64,000 bases of DNA from Halomonas sp. (GTDB lineage Bacteria; Pseudomonadota; Gammaproteobacteria; Pseudomonadales; Halomonadaceae): contig DATISN010000274.1 of assembly GCA_035581765.1 (NCBI GenBank), positions 4,234-68,233 on the forward strand, in the 5' to 3' direction. Position numbers and translations under genes: made by a program. Under the pieces are notes generated by a model that was not told where the DNA came from, did no database searches, and worked only from the letters and a program-made list of their open reading frames with translations. This document shows positions 1-10,124 of this stretch, piece after piece (the stretch's first letter is position 1; each line of letters starts with the position of its first letter).

Positions 1-806
1 AAGATCGCCAGGGTCGAGGTTTCACCGACCGAGCCGGGAATGAAACCAAGGAAGGCGTCCCACCAACCATACTGACTGGACAGCGCCATCATGCCGTCCT
101 GGAAGGCGATGGACAGCGCGGTGGCGCCGGTAAAGCCATCGGCGGCCACCCAGACCGCATCCCCCGAAATCTGCGCGGGATAGGCGAAGTAGAGGAAGGC
201 GCGACCAGTGAGCGCGGGATTAAGGAAGTTCTTGCCGGTACCACCGAAGATCTCCTTGCCGATCACCACGCCGAAGGTGATACCCAGCGCCACTTGCCAA
301 AGTGGAATGGTGGCCGGCAGGATCAGGGCGTAAAGCACTGAGGTCACGAAGAAACCTTCATTGACCTCGTGTCCGCGCTTGATGGCGAACAGCACCTCCC
401 AGAACCCGCCAACCACGAAGGTCACCAGATAAATCGGTAGGAAGTAGGTCGCGCCAAGCACAAAGTTAGCCCACAGGCTGTCAGGATCGTGTCCACTGGA
501 GAACAGCATCATGATCGCTTCGCGCCAGCCTGCCATGGAGGCGAAGCCGTCAGCGATGGCCGTATTGGCCTGCCAGCCGGCGTTCCACATGCCGAAGAAC
601 ATCGCCGGGAAAGTGCAGGCCCAGACAGTGATCATGATGCGCTTGAGGTCAATTCCGTCACGCACATGGGCCGTCGTCTTGGCGACGCTAGCGGGTGAGT
701 AGAAAATGGTGTCTACCGCCTCATAGAGGGGATAGAACTGTTCGTACTTGCCACCCTTGTGAAAATGCGGCTCGAGATTGTCGAGTGTCTGTCGGATAGC
801 CATCAT
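1..806 (-). CDS. nqrB: Na+-translocating NADH:quinone reductase subunit B (5' part; runs off the window edge)
   Basis: Minus strand reads [35 protein letters not shown]..., later [17 protein letters not shown] and [13 protein letters not shown]; ATG overlaps the nqrA stop. Confidence 0.95.
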   Translation of the reverse strand, partial: MMAIRQTLDNLEPHFHKGGKYEQFYPLYEAVDTIFYSPASVAKTTAHVRDGIDLKRIMITVWACTFPAMFFGMWNAGWQANTAIADGFASMAGWREAIMMLFSSGHDPDSLWANFVLGATYFLPIYLVTFVVGGFWEVLFAIKRGHEVNEGFFVTSVLYALILPATIPLWQVALGITFGVVIGKEIFGGTGKNFLNPALTGRAFLYFAYPAQISGDAVWVAADGFTGATALSIAFQDGMMALSSQYGWWDAFLGFIPGSVGETSTLAI

Positions 807-2155
807 CAGGCCTCTTTCTCGATCATGGAGAGGTTGTCACGCAGGATGGGGCCGTATTCGTATTTCCCCGGGCACACATAGGTACAGAGCGCCAGATCCT
901 CTTCGTCCAGTTCCAGGCAACCGAGCTGCATGGCGGTTTCGATATCACCGACGATCAACGTGCGCAGAAGCTGGGTCGGCATGATATCCAATGGCATTAC
1001 TTGCTCGTAAGCCCCGACGGGCACCATCGCTCGTTCGGAACCATTGGTCGAGGTAGTGGGCGCATAATCATGCAACCCCTTGAAATGGGAAAGGTAGATT
1101 CCCATGACCGAATGGCGATCTTTGCCTGGTGACAACCATCCCAGCCAGGAACGCTTGTTGCCTTCCTCGATCAACGAGACCTGGTTATGGAATCGCCCAA
1201 GGTAGCGAAGGGAGCCCTCGGCCGTGGCGCCAGCGAACACCGAGCCGGATATGACCCGAGTATCTTGAGGGTCGATCACTTCCTGATCGAGAAGTTCCTG
1301 CGTGCTGGCACCGAGGCGCGTGCGCAGCAGGCGAGGTGCCTTGGCACGCGGGCCTCCCACGGCGACGACACGGCTCGTGTCCAGCTTGCCCTCGGCAAAC
1401 AACTTGCCGACGGCAATGACATCCTGATATCCGATATGCCAGACGCGCTTATGCAGCGCCACGGGCGACAGGAAATGGATATGCGTGCCGACTAGTCCGG
1501 CTGGGTGTGGTCCGCCGAAGGTTTCGACCTTTACGCCATCGACGTCGCCGCCAGGAACGCGCGCATCGGGGGCGGTGCACAGATACACCTTGCCTTTGGT
1601 AAGACGCGTCAGGACCTTGAGACCATCTTCAAAGGCCTCGGACTGCTCGTTGATGATCCCGGCAGGATCCGCACTGAGGGGATGTGTATCGATGGCCGTG
1701 ACGAAAATATTCTCCGGAGTCCCATCGAGGGCGGGAGTGCGGGAATAGGGCCGGGTACGAAAAGCGATCCAGAGCCCCGACTCGACCAGTTGATCGACCA
1801 CGACCTTTCGATCCAGGCTTATCAGCCCGTCGCGGCCATGAGCGGTGAACTCGACCGCCTCCTCTGTCTCGGCAACCTTGATCACGACCGACAGCAGCTT
1901 GCGCTTCTCGCCACGATTGATCGCCACCACCTCGCCGGCTGCCGGCGAGGTGAAACGCACCCCATCGGTTTTCTTGTCGGTGAAGAGCAGCTGCCCCAGC
2001 TTGACGACGTCCCCCTCCCGGACCTCCATGGTCGGCTTCATGCCCACATAGTCGGTTCCCAGGATCGCCACGTGGCGCACCGGCCGCGCATCCTCGATGC
2101 GCGGCTCGGGCGCCCCCATGATGGGGAGATCCAGGCCTTTCTTGACTTCGATCAT
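806..2155 (-). CDS. nqrA: Na+-translocating NADH:quinone reductase subunit A
   Basis: [13 protein letters not shown]-terminus, GPHPAG, C-terminal [15 protein letters not shown]; 449 aa; directly upstream of nqrB. Confidence 0.97.
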   Translation of the reverse strand: MIEVKKGLDLPIMGAPEPRIEDARPVRHVAILGTDYVGMKPTMEVREGDVVKLGQLLFTDKKTDGVRFTSPAAGEVVAINRGEKRKLLSVVIKVAETEEAVEFTAHGRDGLISLDRKVVVDQLVESGLWIAFRTRPYSRTPALDGTPENIFVTAIDTHPLSADPAGIINEQSEAFEDGLKVLTRLTKGKVYLCTAPDARVPGGDVDGVKVETFGGPHPAGLVGTHIHFLSPVALHKRVWHIGYQDVIAVGKLFAEGKLDTSRVVAVGGPRAKAPRLLRTRLGASTQELLDQEVIDPQDTRVISGSVFAGATAEGSLRYLGRFHNQVSLIEEGNKRSWLGWLSPGKDRHSVMGIYLSHFKGLHDYAPTTSTNGSERAMVPVGAYEQVMPLDIMPTQLLRTLIVGDIETAMQLGCLELDEEDLALCTYVCPGKYEYGPILRDNLSMIEKEA

Positions 2156-2465
2156 AGTCTCGCCCAGTTGATGGATCGGATATACGAAGGAAAGGGGTTC
2201 GAATGGATTCGAATTCTTATGGTTTCAGTACGTTACCAGTCAGGCCCGGGCGATTCCCGAACCACCCCGAATATCGGGGATATTATAAAGACATGACGTC
2301 GGGATGACCACCTGCCCCTGGGTATAAGATGGTGCCATGCAGCAAGCCGAGACACGACCCGGGCGGGCGTCAAGTGGCGTTATCGCGACACTCGTCAATG
2401 GAGCAACAGGTGCTTCAGGTAGGCATGCCGCCGCTCCACGGGCGAGGAACGGCAGCACGGAGACA

Positions 2466-3929
2466 TCACTCGCTGGCGCGGGGCAGCTTGCAGAAGTGAA
2501 CGTTGGAGATGTGCTGCAGAATGCGGATCACCTGACAGCTGTAACCGAACTCGTTGTCGTACCACACGTACAACACGGCGTGTCGCCCATTGGCGATCGT
2601 TGCCTTGGCATCGACGATACCCGCATGGCGATTGCCGACGAAGTCCGAGGAAACCACCTCGGGCGAATCCACATAATCGATCTGCTTCTGATAGGTGGAA
2701 TCGATCGACATGCGGCGCAGGTAGTCGTTCAGGGTTTCGGCATTGGTCTCCTTGTCGAGCGTCAGGTTGAGAATCGCCATGGACACATTGGGAATCGGCA
2801 CGCGGATGGCGTTACCGGTCAGCTTGCCGGCAAATTCCGGCAATGCCTTGACCACCGCCTTGGCGGCGCCGGTCTCGGTAAGCACCATGTTCAGCGGCGC
2901 ACTACGACCACGGCGGTCCCCCTTGTGATAATTGTCGATCAGATTCTGGTCGTTGGTATAGGCATGCACCGTCTCGACATGCCCATGGACGACGCCGAAC
3001 TCGTCATTGATCGCCTTGAGCGCCGGCACGATGGCGTTGGTCGTGCAGGATGCCGCCGAGAGGATGCGATCCTCCTCGGATATCTCGCCATGGTTGATAC
3101 CGAAGACGATATTCTTGATATCCCCCTTGCCCGGTGCCGTCAGCAGCGCCTTGGCCACGCCCTTGCAGGCCAGGTGCTGCCCCAGGCCCTCTTCATCGCG
3201 CCAGATACCGGTATTGTCGACCACCACCGCATTATCGATGCCGTAGGTGGTGTAATCGACATCCGCCGGAGAGTCGGCGTAGATCACCTGGATCACATTA
3301 CCGTTGGCGATGAGGGTCCGGGCCTCGGCATCCACACTGATCGTGCCATTGAAGGGACCGTGAACCGAATCGCGACGCAGCAGGCTCGCCCGCTTCTCGA
3401 GATCCTTGGCAATATCGCCGCGACCACGCACCACGATGGCGCGCAAACGCAGCAGGTTGCCACCGCCCGCCTTCTCGATCAGCACGCGTGCCAGGATACG
3501 GCCGATACGCCCGAAGCCGTAAAGCACGACGTCCTTGGGCTTGCCGTTACCAGCGCTGGGGTCATGACCATCGACGATCTCGGCCAGCTCCTCGCGCATG
3601 AAAGCCAGGGCATCTCCCCTGCCCCGCTTCTTGAACGCTACCCCTAACTTGCCCACGTCGACATGCGCCGGCCCCAGGTTGAGTTGTCCCATGGCCTGAA
3701 TCAGCGGAAGCGTATCCTGAACGGACAGCTCGGTACCCTCGACCTTCCGCACGAAGCGGTGGTCCTTCAGAATACGGATGACGCTGCGGTTGAAGAGCGA
3801 ACGTCCGTAGAGCGTCGTGACGACGTTATGCCGACGATAGAGACTGCCGATCAGCGGAATCATCTGTTCGGCGAGAGCCTGGTTGTCATGCCATTCCTGG
3901 AAGACGGTATCGAGGGGGGGTTGACTCAC
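2466..3929 (-). CDS. gap: Glyceraldehyde-3-phosphate dehydrogenase, N-terminally extended type (~487 aa)
   Basis: YGFGRIGR, SAASCTTN, WYDNEFGYS; likely GTG start at 3929 after GAGAGG (ORF extends to 3983). Confidence 0.93.
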   Translation of the reverse strand: MSQPPLDTVFQEWHDNQALAEQMIPLIGSLYRRHNVVTTLYGRSLFNRSVIRILKDHRFVRKVEGTELSVQDTLPLIQAMGQLNLGPAHVDVGKLGVAFKKRGRGDALAFMREELAEIVDGHDPSAGNGKPKDVVLYGFGRIGRILARVLIEKAGGGNLLRLRAIVVRGRGDIAKDLEKRASLLRRDSVHGPFNGTISVDAEARTLIANGNVIQVIYADSPADVDYTTYGIDNAVVVDNTGIWRDEEGLGQHLACKGVAKALLTAPGKGDIKNIVFGINHGEISEEDRILSAASCTTNAIVPALKAINDEFGVVHGHVETVHAYTNDQNLIDNYHKGDRRGRSAPLNMVLTETGAAKAVVKALPEFAGKLTGNAIRVPIPNVSMAILNLTLDKETNAETLNDYLRRMSIDSTYQKQIDYVDSPEVVSSDFVGNRHAGIVDAKATIANGRHAVLYVWYDNEFGYSCQVIRILQHISNVHFCKLPRASE

Positions 3930-4014
3930 GTGAAGCCTCTCTGACGGTGGGAGATTTGGGGGACTATTATCCTGGGCCTCCATCGTTGGGGCAATCGCAG
4001 GATGGTCGTAACCG

Positions 4015-4031
4015 CTGTAAAGGGATTACAG
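4015..4031. promoter_or_regulatory. Palindrome CTGTAA-AGGGA-TTACAG, HexR/RccR-type operator candidate upstream of gap
   Basis: Perfect 6-bp inverted repeat in the gap/mfd divergent region; resembles TGTAA-N5-TTACA HexR-family boxes. Confidence 0.55.
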
Positions 4032-4132
4032 AAAGCGCGGGTTGACTACACGCCTCATGACAGGCTGGTATCATGGGACGGCTTGCCGCCTGGGAAGCGT
4101 AACATCACTTCTTTCCTACAGCCGAAGACACC

Positions 4133-7100
4133 ATGCCGACATTCTCGCCGCTAAACCCGCCGCGGCCCCAGGGCCTGCGCGATACGCTCTACTGGCAGAC
4201 GCCCCATGGCAGTGCCGGCGCCCTGGCGCTCGCCCACCTGGCCGACGATGCACCGCTACTGGTGATTACCGCCGACACCGCCCAGGCGCAACGGCTCGAA
4301 AACGACCTGCGCTTCTTCGCCGTCAGTTCGGTGATGCCCTTTCCCGACTGGGAGACGCTTCCCTACGACAGCTTCTCGCCCCATCAGGATATCGTCTCCT
4401 CGCGGCTGCGCACACTGCGCCGGCTGCAGGATGGCGAACACGGCATCGTCCTGGTGCCGATCAACACCCTGATGCAGCGATTGCCGCCGGTGGAGTACAT
4501 CGCCGGACGGGTACTGACGCTGGAAACCGGCATGCGCCTGGACCGCGAGGGATTTCGCGACGCGCTTTCCCGTGCCGGCTACCGTGCCGTCGAAACGGTG
4601 TATGAACCGGGCGAGTACGCGCTGCGTGGCGCCTTGATCGACTTGTTCCCCATGGGCAGCGAAGACCCATTGCGCATCGACCTGTTCGACGACGAGATCG
4701 ACACCCTGCGCCACTTCCAACCTGACACCCAGCGCAGCCGTGACAAGGTCGACAAGGTGGAGCTGCTTCCGGCCCACGAATATTCACTGTCCCCGGAGGC
4801 CATCGCCCGCTTCCGTGAGGGCTTCGAAACCCTCTTCGATGTCGATCCTCGCCAGTGCCCTCTCTATATCGATGCACTCAAGGGCATCCCCTCACCCGGT
4901 CTCGAACAATATCTGCCGCTGTTTTTCAACCACACCGCCACGCTCTTCGAGCACCTGGCCAAAGGCACACGTGTGGCCCTGCTGCCCGATGCCTTCCCCG
5001 CCGCCGAACACCACTGGAGCGCCATCGAGAGTCGCTACGAAAACCTCGGGGTCGATCCGACCCGCCCGCTGTTACCGCCGCACCGCGCCTTCGTCCCCGT
5101 GGCCGATGTCTTTGCCGCCATCAAGCGCCACCCTCGCGTCGAGCTGACCGACGACAGCGACCATCGCCATGCGAGTGTGCCAGCGACCCAGCCACCGCCC
5201 GATGTGGCCATCAATGCGCGGGCCAAGCAGCCGCTCGCCGCCCTGGAGCACTTCCTGGCCACCCATCACGACAGCCGCGTGCTCTTCGTAGCGGAGTCGC
5301 GTGGGCGACGCGAGGCGCTGGAGGAAACCCTGGCGCCATTGCGGCTCACGCTCCCCCATGTGGAGGATTTCCCGGCCTTTCTGGTTGCGGATTCGCGGCT
5401 GGCGATCACCGAGGGGGAAATCGATGCCGGCCTCTGGCTGACCGACCCCAACCTCGCGGTGATCAGCGAGACCGAGCTGTACGGTGACGTCGTGCGGCAG
5501 AGCCGGCGTCGCGAGAAGGCGACCGACGACAACGAACTGGCCATTCGCCATCTCTCGGAGTTGCGCCCGGGCGCCCCGGTGGTGCATCAAGCCCATGGCG
5601 TGGGTCGTTACTTGGGCCTGGAGACGCTCGATGCCGGCGGCCAAGCGGCCGAGTTCGTGGCGCTCGAATACGCCGATGGGGCTCGCCTCTATGTCCCAGT
5701 CGATAGCTTGCACCTCATCTCACGCTATGCCGGTGCCGATGACGAGCTCGCCCCGCTGCATCGCCTGGGCTCGGAGCGCTGGCAGAAAGCCAAGCGCAAG
5801 GCGGCCGAGAAGATCCGCGACACGGCGGCAGAGCTTCTCGATATCTACGCACGTCGCGAAGCCCGGCAGGGGTTCGCCTACGACCCGCCCGACGACGCCT
5901 ACCGGCGCTTCGCCGCCAGCTTTCCTTTCGAGGAAACGCCCGACCAGCGCGCCGCCATCGCCGCCGTGATTGGCGACATGATCGCCCCCCAACCCATGGA
6001 CCGCGTCGTCTGTGGTGATGTCGGCTTCGGCAAGACCGAGGTCGCCATGCGCGCGGCCTTCCTGGCCGTGCATTCCGGTCGCCAGGTCGTGGTGCTGGTG
6101 CCGACCACGCTACTGGCCCGTCAGCATTACGAGAACTTCCGCGACCGCTTCGCCGATACCGCGGTCAACATCGAGATCATCTCGCGCTTCACCTCGGGCA
6201 AGGGACAGGCAGAGTCGCTGAAGCGAATCGAGGAAGGCAAGGCCGATATCGTCATCGGCACCCACAAGCTGCTCTCGAAGCAGACCCGGTTACCGCGAAT
6301 GGGGCTCTTGATCATCGACGAGGAACACCGCTTCGGGGTGGGGCAGAAGGAGAAACTCAAGAGCCTGCGCACCGAGATGGATATTCTCACCATGACGGCC
6401 ACGCCCATACCGCGCACCCTCAACATGGCCATGAGCGGCATACGCGACCTGTCGATCATCGCCACTCCACCGCCGCGGCGCCTCTCGGTCAAGACGTTCG
6501 TCCAGCAACGCGACGAGGCGATCATCAAGGAGGCGCTGCTGCGCGAGCTTTTGCGCGGCGGTCAGGTCTATTTCCTGCACAACGAGGTCAAGACCATCGA
6601 GACGGCCGCGGAACGGCTGCGCGAGCTGGTTCCCGAGGCGCGTGTCGGGGTCGCTCATGGCCAGCTGCCGGAGCGCTCGCTTGAACGGGTGATGTCCGAC
6701 TTCTACCACAAGCGATTCAACGTGCTGGTGTGCTCGACGATTATCGAGACCGGGATCGATGTCCCCAGCGCCAACACCATCATCATCGAGCGGGCCGACA
6801 AGTTCGGCCTGGCGCAGCTGCATCAGCTCCGGGGTCGCGTCGGGCGCAGCCACCACCAGGCCTATGCCTACCTGCTGGCGCCGCCGCCTCGCGCCATGAC
6901 CCGTGACGCCGTCAAGCGTCTGGAAGCCATCGGCCAGGCCGAGGAGCTCGGTGCCGGCTTCACCCTGGCAAGCCACGACATGGAAATCCGTGGTGCCGGT
7001 GAGCTTCTGGGAGAAGAGCAGAGTGGGCAGATGGAGGCGCTGGGGTATGGCCTCTACATGCAGATGCTCGACCGCGCGGTAAAGGCAATCCGTGCCGGCA

Positions 7101-7582
7101 AGACGCCCAACATCGAGTCACCGCTGGAAGAAGGGGTGGAAATCAGCCTCAACCTGCCGGCCCTGATTCCCGACGATTATCTCCATGACGTTCAGCAGCG
7201 GCTGGTCATGTACAAGCGCATCGCCAGCGCCGCCGATGAGGCCGAACTCAAGGAGCTGCAGGTCGAAATGATCGACCGCTTCGGCCTGTTGCCGGCACCG
7301 GTGAAGACCCTGATGCATCAGACTCGCTTGCGCCAGCGGGCCGAACGGCTGGGCATCGTGCGTCTTGAGGCCGGTCCCGAAAGAGGCAGACTGATCTTCG
7401 GCGACGGGACCCGCGTCGATCCGCTGACCCTGGTGGAGTTGATTCAGCAGGCACCCAACCGCTACCGGCTCGATGGCGCCGACACCCTCCGCTTCCAGGC
7501 CGACATGCAAAACGAACAGGCGCGCTTCCAGGCCGTGGAGACCCTGCTGGACGCGCTTAACCGCAAGGCTCAAGCCGCTTGA
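4133..7582 (+). CDS. mfd: Transcription-repair coupling factor
   Basis: 1149 aa; PDWETLPYD, GDVGFGKTEVA, DEEHRFG, QLRGRVGR. Confidence 0.98.
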   Translation: MPTFSPLNPPRPQGLRDTLYWQTPHGSAGALALAHLADDAPLLVITADTAQAQRLENDLRFFAVSSVMPFPDWETLPYDSFSPHQDIVSSRLRTLRRLQDGEHGIVLVPINTLMQRLPPVEYIAGRVLTLETGMRLDREGFRDALSRAGYRAVETVYEPGEYALRGALIDLFPMGSEDPLRIDLFDDEIDTLRHFQPDTQRSRDKVDKVELLPAHEYSLSPEAIARFREGFETLFDVDPRQCPLYIDALKGIPSPGLEQYLPLFFNHTATLFEHLAKGTRVALLPDAFPAAEHHWSAIESRYENLGVDPTRPLLPPHRAFVPVADVFAAIKRHPRVELTDDSDHRHASVPATQPPPDVAINARAKQPLAALEHFLATHHDSRVLFVAESRGRREALEETLAPLRLTLPHVEDFPAFLVADSRLAITEGEIDAGLWLTDPNLAVISETELYGDVVRQSRRREKATDDNELAIRHLSELRPGAPVVHQAHGVGRYLGLETLDAGGQAAEFVALEYADGARLYVPVDSLHLISRYAGADDELAPLHRLGSERWQKAKRKAAEKIRDTAAELLDIYARREARQGFAYDPPDDAYRRFAASFPFEETPDQRAAIAAVIGDMIAPQPMDRVVCGDVGFGKTEVAMRAAFLAVHSGRQVVVLVPTTLLARQHYENFRDRFADTAVNIEIISRFTSGKGQAESLKRIEEGKADIVIGTHKLLSKQTRLPRMGLLIIDEEHRFGVGQKEKLKSLRTEMDILTMTATPIPRTLNMAMSGIRDLSIIATPPPRRLSVKTFVQQRDEAIIKEALLRELLRGGQVYFLHNEVKTIETAAERLRELVPEARVGVAHGQLPERSLERVMSDFYHKRFNVLVCSTIIETGIDVPSANTIIIERADKFGLAQLHQLRGRVGRSHHQAYAYLLAPPPRAMTRDAVKRLEAIGQAEELGAGFTLASHDMEIRGAGELLGEEQSGQMEALGYGLYMQMLDRAVKAIRAGKTPNIESPLEEGVEISLNLPALIPDDYLHDVQQRLVMYKRIASAADEAELKELQVEMIDRFGLLPAPVKTLMHQTRLRQRAERLGIVRLEAGPERGRLIFGDGTRVDPLTLVELIQQAPNRYRLDGADTLRFQADMQNEQARFQAVETLLDALNRKAQAA

Positions 7583-7774
7583 AAGGCATGCGAATGCCTG
7601 AATACTGGCGAGGAGGGACACCGCAAGGCAATCTATTAAGGCAATCTATACAGGTAGCGTTTGGTCGTGGCGTTGAAACGTCGCCTGCAGGAAATCCGAC
7701 AGGATGGTGTTTGACCCCGAGGCTGTGGACTCACTGCGAGATCCACTTCATTGACGAAGAAAGAGAAAAGCTTG

Positions 7775-8890
7775 ATGGATGAGATACTGCTGGCCGGTCG
7801 AACGAACAAACATCGCTTTGCGCCGATAAACGCCGCGCCACACTCCACATTGATCGTCGCCACATTGTTCGTCGCCGCGCTGATTGCGATGACATCGATG
7901 CCGGCAAACGCCCAGGCTCAGGCCCGGGAAGGCGACATCACACAGGACCTGCCTCGCGGTCACTATCTTCTGCCTCAGACGGGTAGCGTGATCGGGCAAG
8001 ACGAGTCGGTGGTGATCGAGAAGGGAGACACCTTGGTCGACCTGGCCCGCCAGCACAACGTGGGTTATGAGGCGATTCGCATGGCCAACCCGGGGGTCAG
8101 CATCTGGGCACCGCGCCCGGGTACCGAGGTCATGATTCCCAAGCGTCACATCCTTCCAGAAGCGCCACGCGAGGGTATCGTCGTCAACCTCTCGGAATTG
8201 CGTCTCTACTATTACTCTGCCGAGAACATCGTCGAAACCTATCCCATCAGTGTCGGGCGCGACGGCTTCGGTACGCCAGTGGGCGAAACCCGCACCACGG
8301 TCAAGGTCAAGGATCCCCACTGGTCGCCACCGAGCTCGATGCGCGAGGAAGCCGCCGCGCGGGGAGAACCACCACCTTCCGTGGTGCCGCCGGGTCCGGA
8401 AAATCCCCTGGGCAGACATGCCATCCTGCTGGGCCTGCCGAGCTACCTGATTCACGGCACCAACCGACCCGAGGGCGTAGGCATGCGGGTCAGCCGTGGC
8501 TGTATCCGGATGTACCCCGAAGACATCAAGTCGCTCTTCGAGCGCGTGCCGAGCGGTACCCAGGTCAATATCATCGATCAGCCTTTCAAGGCCGGCTGGT
8601 CTCAGGAGGGCGTCCTCTATGCCCAGTCGTTTCCTCCACTGGAAGAAAACCAGGCGAGTTTCGAGCCGCTGATCAATGCCCTTGAGGTGATTTCATCCGC
8701 CTTCGGCGAGGCCGAACCACCGGTGGACTATGCCAAGGTGAGGCGCCTGGTCGAAGCAACCGATGGCGCTATCGTCTCGCTGCTACGCTCCGCCGAGGAA
8801 GATACCGAGCCCCGCAACGACCGACCCGATACACTGTATGACTTCATCGAGGCGACTGCCGGCCAGGGGGAGGCTTTTGAAGGCGTTTGA
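7775..8890 (+). CDS. L,D-transpeptidase, ErfK/YcfS type (LysM-like plus YkuD domain)
   Basis: Signal-like hydrophobic stretch, VPPGPENPLG, YLIHGTN...GMRVSRGCIRM; start uncertain (7751 or later). Confidence 0.9.
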   Translation: MDEILLAGRTNKHRFAPINAAPHSTLIVATLFVAALIAMTSMPANAQAQAREGDITQDLPRGHYLLPQTGSVIGQDESVVIEKGDTLVDLARQHNVGYEAIRMANPGVSIWAPRPGTEVMIPKRHILPEAPREGIVVNLSELRLYYYSAENIVETYPISVGRDGFGTPVGETRTTVKVKDPHWSPPSSMREEAAARGEPPPSVVPPGPENPLGRHAILLGLPSYLIHGTNRPEGVGMRVSRGCIRMYPEDIKSLFERVPSGTQVNIIDQPFKAGWSQEGVLYAQSFPPLEENQASFEPLINALEVISSAFGEAEPPVDYAKVRRLVEATDGAIVSLLRSAEEDTEPRNDRPDTLYDFIEATAGQGEAFEGV

Positions 8891-8938
8891 AAAAATCGTC
8901 TTACATGATGGCGACAGCATGTAACGAGCCTACCTCAC

Positions 8939-8968
8939 GAAAAAACCCCGCTTTCGCGGGGTTTTTTC
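8939..8968. terminator. Bidirectional rho-independent terminator
   Basis: AAAAAACCCCGC-TTTC-GCGGGGTTTTTT between the convergent ldt and oprI genes. Confidence 0.9.
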
Positions 8969-9018
8969 TACTGCAGAACCGACATCATCCGTAAATGAAT
9001 GCCGACACTCCGGCAGAA

Positions 9019-9282
9019 TTACTTCTGCATGGAGCGCTCGAACATACGGTTCATTTCGTCACGGTTCTGCTCGGACATCTGCAGAGCCGCCTGGGCATCA
9101 CGCTGCGCCTGGTTGGCAGTGTTCTGCGCCTGGGTAGCGATGCTGCGCGCTTCTGCGGCATCGGCCTGAGCGGATTCAGCAGTCATGCGAACTTCTTCCA
9201 GTGCGCCGGTAGAAGCACAGCCAGCCAGAATGGCCAGTGAGGCAGCGGCAGCGGTCATCTTCAAAGTGTTCTTCAGAGTCAT
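9019..9282 (-). CDS. oprI: Lpp/OprI-family alanine-zipper lipoprotein
   Basis: LAGC lipobox, Ala/Gln-rich coiled coil, C-terminal RMFERSMQK ending in Lys; AAGGAG SD. Confidence 0.88.
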   Translation of the reverse strand: MTLKNTLKMTAAAASLAILAGCASTGALEEVRMTAESAQADAAEARSIATQAQNTANQAQRDAQAALQMSEQNRDEMNRMFERSMQK

Positions 9283-9454
9283 AGGGTTCTCCTTGAGTAT
9301 TCCTTGGTCTTGCGTTGATTGCCTGTCAAGCAGGCGTCCTGCACATGCAGGCTAACATGCAGCATCTGAGCTGCGAAGTACAGACATCAAACGCTGTTTT
9401 ATTATACTCGGTAACGCTTGTCCATAGCTTCATGATTCCCTGCGTATAGCAAGC

Positions 9455-10069
9455 CTAGCGGATCACTACCCGCGTGCCAATATCGATCAGCGATGTCAGA
9501 CGTTCGACCTGGCCATCGGTGACCGCGACACAACCATCGGTCCAGTGGAAGCGCTCGTGGATCTCGGGATCCCCCCCGCCGATCCCATGGATTCCGATGT
9601 AACCGCCGAGCACGGTTTCCTGGGGAGGATAGCCATGCCGGCGGTAGTACTCGAAGTAATTATCGTAGTCCTGCTGGCCATAGACGCCTGACTCGAGGGC
9701 CAGGCGGGCATGGGCAGGAGTCGGATAGTCCAGTCCGATGAAAATGTGAAATTTGCTCTGGCGATTGAAGCGATTGACGCGAAACTCGCCCAGCGGGGTT
9801 GCCCGGTCGCCGCGTATGCGTTGCGGGCTGGCCCCGCCACGACCCAGCGATATGGGTGAAAAATGCTCGAGACGACGATTTCCGCGGTACACCGTCAAGG
9901 CCGCCTCCCTGTCGTCGACCAGCACCCAGACCTCATCGTCGTGTTGTGGCACGATGGCATCAACGAGGAGATGATCGATCAGGTTGGCCTTGGCGGCATT
10001 GGCCCCCAGCAGGGTAAGTGGCGCCGTGAGCGCCATGAGGGCAAAGCGGCGTCGGGACAGAGATGGCAT
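9455..10069 (-). CDS. YkuD-family L,D-transpeptidase-like protein (YafK/LdtF-like), possible Tat substrate
   Basis: GDRATPLGEF, SKFHIFIGLDYP, IGIHG...WTDGCVAV; N-terminus MPSLSRRRFAL from ATG 10069. Confidence 0.82.
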   Translation of the reverse strand: MPSLSRRRFALMALTAPLTLLGANAAKANLIDHLLVDAIVPQHDDEVWVLVDDREAALTVYRGNRRLEHFSPISLGRGGASPQRIRGDRATPLGEFRVNRFNRQSKFHIFIGLDYPTPAHARLALESGVYGQQDYDNYFEYYRRHGYPPQETVLGGYIGIHGIGGGDPEIHERFHWTDGCVAVTDGQVERLTSLIDIGTRVVIR

Positions 10070-10124
10070 CACACGAGTCTCGCAAGAAAGTTGAGACGAA
10101 CATACCCCACTCTTACCCCCTTTG

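Noticed and set aside
2337-3647. Long antisense ORFs (also 17403..19037, 21303..22601, 25082..26341, 33204..34808, 56783..58042, 58574..59845)
   Set aside because: They are shadows of well-supported opposite-strand genes, expected at high GC, and carry no recognisable motifs
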